Shown: positions 60,434-64,000 of the stretch, in pieces
Layout: every line of letters begins with the position of its first letter
How positions within the stretch are numbered: position 1 is the first letter of the stretch
Source of the DNA: Marsupella aquatica
Taxonomy: Eukaryota; Plantae; Marchantiophyta
NCBI GenBank assembly: GCA_973895155.1
Contig: OZ316892.1
Span: 4,858,510-4,922,509, forward strand
Length of the DNA stretch: 64,000 nucleotides
Reading direction: 5' to 3'
Notes under the pieces: generated by a model
Told to the model about the DNA's origin: nothing
Seen by the model: only the letters and a program-made list of their open reading frames with translations
Databases searched by the model: none
Made by a program: the position numbers and the translations under genes

Positions 60434-63387
60434 ATGGGTGACTTGTATGCATTGGACTTCGACGGAGTCTTGTGTGACAGCTGCGGTGAAAGCTCCAAGT
60501 CTGCTCTCAAGGTGGGCAACCTTGCATTCCCTCGGCCGTGCAGATGATGTCGTGAATTCCTAGCTGGTGGTACGAAAATCACATTTACGATCCAGCTAAG
60601 CAGGCATAGATTTATTGAGATACAGAGTTAGTGAAGCCATGGCCGTGGAAATTCGGAGTATTACGAAGTCTGCCGAGCATTTGCTTTGACATGCGCTGAT
60701 AGATCGCTGCTAAGGGACAGCAGGGCTTCCCGTTCAGTTTGATAGTCAAATTCGGTGTTGAACTTCTCTACTGTTGAATGCTATTTTTGTTTCCCTGCGT
60801 GGGTGAGTGAATATCGTCTCTCCACACGAATTGGTGCAGCCTCATAGTTCAGCACCCTTTGCTTTGACATGCGCCCTCGTTGAACTTCTCTGCTGTTGAA
60901 TGCTAATTTTGTTTCCCTGCGTGGGTGGGTGGGTGGATATCGTCTCTCCACACGAATTGGTGCAGCCTCATTGTTCAGCAGCCTTTGCTTTGACATGCGC
61001 CGATGTATCGCTCCTAAGCGACAGCAGGGCGCTTCCCGTTTAGTTTGATAGTCAATACCCCGTGTTGAATGCTAATTTTGTTTCCTTGCGTGGGTGGGTA
61101 GATATCTTCTCTCCACACGTAGTGGTGCAGCCTCATAGTTCAGCAGCCTCGGGTTTTCCCAGGAGCCGACCGTGAATAGGGTTGAATAGAGTTAAACACT
61201 GCTCCTTGAAGAATGACTTGTCACGAATCTAAACATTTATGCGGCATGGCTGTTGCAGGCAGCCAAACAGCGATGGCCCGATATCTTTGTGGGTGTTGAT
61301 GCCGAGACAGAGACATGGCTTCTGGACAGCATGCAAACAGTAAGTAAACATGGGACATTGATCTTCAATTTCGAAGGTTGCTCTTAGTTCATGACAATTT
61401 TTATGGTAGTGTGGTCGGGTTTGACAGCGCCCTTAGCCTCAGATGCGTTGTTGAGATTCAAATTTCTGACTTCATTTCCAACATGGTATTCTTGGGCTAG
61501 GTGCGGCCAGTTGTGGAGACCGGTTATGAAAACTTGTTACTTGTACGCCTCTTATTGGAAGTCAGGCGACCGCACGCACAGACCAGCCCAGTAAGATCAT
61601 TTACAAGAGGACAATTTACCATGCCGTTGTTTCTGTTGACACATCTCTTGGTGTTCGTTCACTGCAATTTCTCTCTCTCCTTTATATCCTTCTGCTGCCT
61701 TCACCTGTCCTCTGGCTTAATTCAACTTCGTCCAAAGTGAGCTTAAAGATTTCTCTCAACAAGTGTTACCTAGCAAATTTGAACATTGTGTGTTCACTTT
61801 TGCACGTGTGACACCAATTGTTGTCGATCGCTAGCATGGCAGTTTTGAGCATTAGAATTACGTGGTCTAAGGTTACTTTTTGTGTCCCGTCTAGGTGAGC
61901 AAGGGGCTGACCGTGGAGGATATACTGAAGTCCTGGGAGACGATCAAACCTAAGTTGCAGGCATCCTGGGGTGAGAAAAACAAAGAAGAGCTAGTGGAAC
62001 TATTTGGAAGAGTGCGAGATAATTGGATTCAAGAAGATCCTCATGATTGGGTTAAGGCCAACAGGTGAGATCACATGATGATTTTCAGGGCCTTCTGCGT
62101 TTCATATGCAAAGCTTATAATAAATAGGAGTTAGCTTGTGAAGGTGGATTTCCAAACTTCTGCGTTTCATATGCAAAGCTTATAATAAATAGGAGTTAGC
62201 TTTTGAAGGTGGATTTCCAAATTTCACAGGTACATTTCTCTGACTTACTTGCCGTTGTAGGGTGATAAAGTTTCTAGCCTCTCGTGTGTCTAATCAGGTT
62301 TCTGTTGCATGCCAAACATGACAGATTCTATCCAGGAACAGCTGATGCCATCAAGTTTGCGACCTCTACAGTGTATATAGTTACGACTAAGCAGGTATCG
62401 CTTATGTGCTTTTGGCTCACTGTAGCTGCCCGATTCGTCAAGGGTGTGACAATGCTATGAAACTCATTGAACAGGAGTCTGTTGTCGTGCGGGTTCTTAG
62501 CACTGATAGTATTTACTGAAATTTGTAAGGGGGTTATGTTTTTTCTTCTTCCAGGCTCGTTTTGCGTCGCTATTGCTCAAAGAGATAGCTGGGGTGGAAA
62601 TCCCTGCCGATCACATTTACGGTTTGGGCTCTGGGTAAGCTTGGATATTCATATCTCCACTTTCACTCCTGTTCCAAACTGATTAAAGAATCTCAGTTCT
62701 GAATGCCAGAGTTAATGCCATTGTGTTGGGTGTTTTTTTTCCCTTTGTCTTGAAAATTCGACTTTATGTAGTACAAAGGATTTCATGCTGGACTAAACTG
62801 CCCAACCAACAGGCAATTTTCAAACACGTACTTACATATCAGTGGATCAGGCAGGCCTAAAGTAGAGGTGTTGAAGAAACTACAAGCGCTGCCCAATCAT
62901 GAAGGGTTGACTTTGAAGTAAGCTACTTGTTTTTTTCTTTGTGAGTCGTATTACTTCGAATTTGACTGCAGTGCAAGGATGGAAATAGTAATTCTGGCCA
63001 TGCTCGACTTGCTTTGCAGCTTTGTTGAGGATCGACTTGCCACATTGCGAAATGTCATCAAGGATCCGGAGCTTGACAAGTGGCACCTGTATCTTGGTAT
63101 TCTTCGTGGCTCTTGCTCCAGCGATCTCATTGAGAGTCTCAATTCTTGGTTAATGTTGAGGCTGACTGTGGGCTTGAAGCTTCTCCCGAAGCACCTAAGC
63201 GATCTACATCTTTGATATCGGATACATGCTACTTTTTTCCTGAATGTCTCGTACCAAAAAGTCTAATAGTGTGTCTTCTACTGCAGGATCGTGGGGTTAC
63301 AATACTGCGGACGAAAGAGAAGCTGCTACTGCTGTTCCTCGTATAAATGTTATTGATCTACCCAAATTTTGCACTAAGCTGAAGTAG
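60434..63387 (+). CDS. HAD-superfamily hydrolase-like protein (At2g45990-like); exons 60434-60511, 61259-61339, 61501-61590, 61895-62064, 62325-62394, 62555-62634, 62855-62917, 63020-63096, 63287-63387
   Basis: MGDLYALDFDGVLCDSCGES (DxD motif I)...VRPVVETGYENLLLVRLLLE...RFYPG...YIVTTKQARF...IYGLGSGPKVEVL...FVEDRLATL...WGYNT...KLK*. GT-AG introns keep the frame. An upstream extension cannot be excluded. Confidence 0.92.
60680..61150. repeat. Intronic patchwork tandem duplications in intron 1 of the HAD gene
   Basis: The blocks tttgctttgacatgcgc and gttgaatgcta.ttttgtttccctgcgtgggtg...ctctccacacg...ggtgcagcctca each occur three times. Confidence 0.8.
62092..62221. repeat. ~65-bp tandem duplication in intron 4 of the HAD gene
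   Basis: cttctgcgtttcatatgcaaagcttataataaataggagttagctt.tgaaggtggatttccaaa occurs twice. Confidence 0.9.
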
Positions 63388-64000
63388 TGGGGCTCTGGAT
63401 CATAGATTTCTGATGTCCAAATCTTCAACTGAATCTGTTGTGAGTGTTATCCCACTGGATTCTTCTTCAACTCGACATTTACAGAGGTTTTATCAAACCA
63501 ACCTTCAAGTTTGAGTGAATTTAATGAGGCCCGAGTTGCCTGCCTGACTGAGATTTTAGTAAAGGTTTCCCATCCCAGAAATATTCAAATTGGCCTAGCC
63601 ATCAGGCTCTCTTGATTGAAACGTAGGCCGTGGAGTGTGGCTTTTGACCCACGAGACTTTATTATTTTTCTGTGGAAAGAATGTAATAAATTAGCAGAAG
63701 CAAAATCCGCTTATGCTGCTTGCAACCGATACTGTCTTGTGCTTTGTGCTGTTCAATGTCATCGAATCCAGAAATAGGGAGAGAACCTTCTTGTACCACG
63801 CTCGGTTTCCCAGTTTCTTTTGATTGCAGCTGATATGTTTACGTACCAACAGAATAACAGATGGGATTCAATAATGCCGTCGAATCTAGAAACCGGTACA
63901 GTCCCTGGATGCCATTATTATTGACAGTGCCGACTACTGTACCTAAAAACGGCGCAAAGTAAGGGGAAGGACCGTCAGTGAAGCCGTTGCTTGCCGGGGG

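Overview
Eukaryotic land-plant genomic DNA; a bryophyte origin is my inference. About 53 kb (2.7-55.4 kb) is a nested transposon stack whose boundaries can mostly be fixed by target-site duplications (TSDs). It holds a CNX3/MoaC pseudogene, a Harbinger fragment, a Ty1/copia pol remnant split by three insertions, a 5'-truncated LINE and two CACTA elements. The larger CACTA (22.6 kb) carries a 9 x ~408-bp hairpin-containing array and an EDM2/NSD-like multi-PHD-finger exon. There are also eight copies of two TG...CA-ended families ('A' and 'X'), six of them with 5-bp TSDs. Two apparently intact host genes lie at the right end: EIF1AD and an At2g45990-like HAD-superfamily gene. Main observation: the largest copies of A (4.65-4.69 kb) and X (4.44 kb) look like giant solo LTRs with no gag/pol. 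Each contains a long ORF (about 1,200 codons in A), and the two families share a protein domain by eye alignment despite having no evident DNA similarity. This suggests an accessory gene carried inside the LTR, or a gag/pol-less integrase-mobilised unit. Family assignments come from motif recall and manual alignment; no searches were run.
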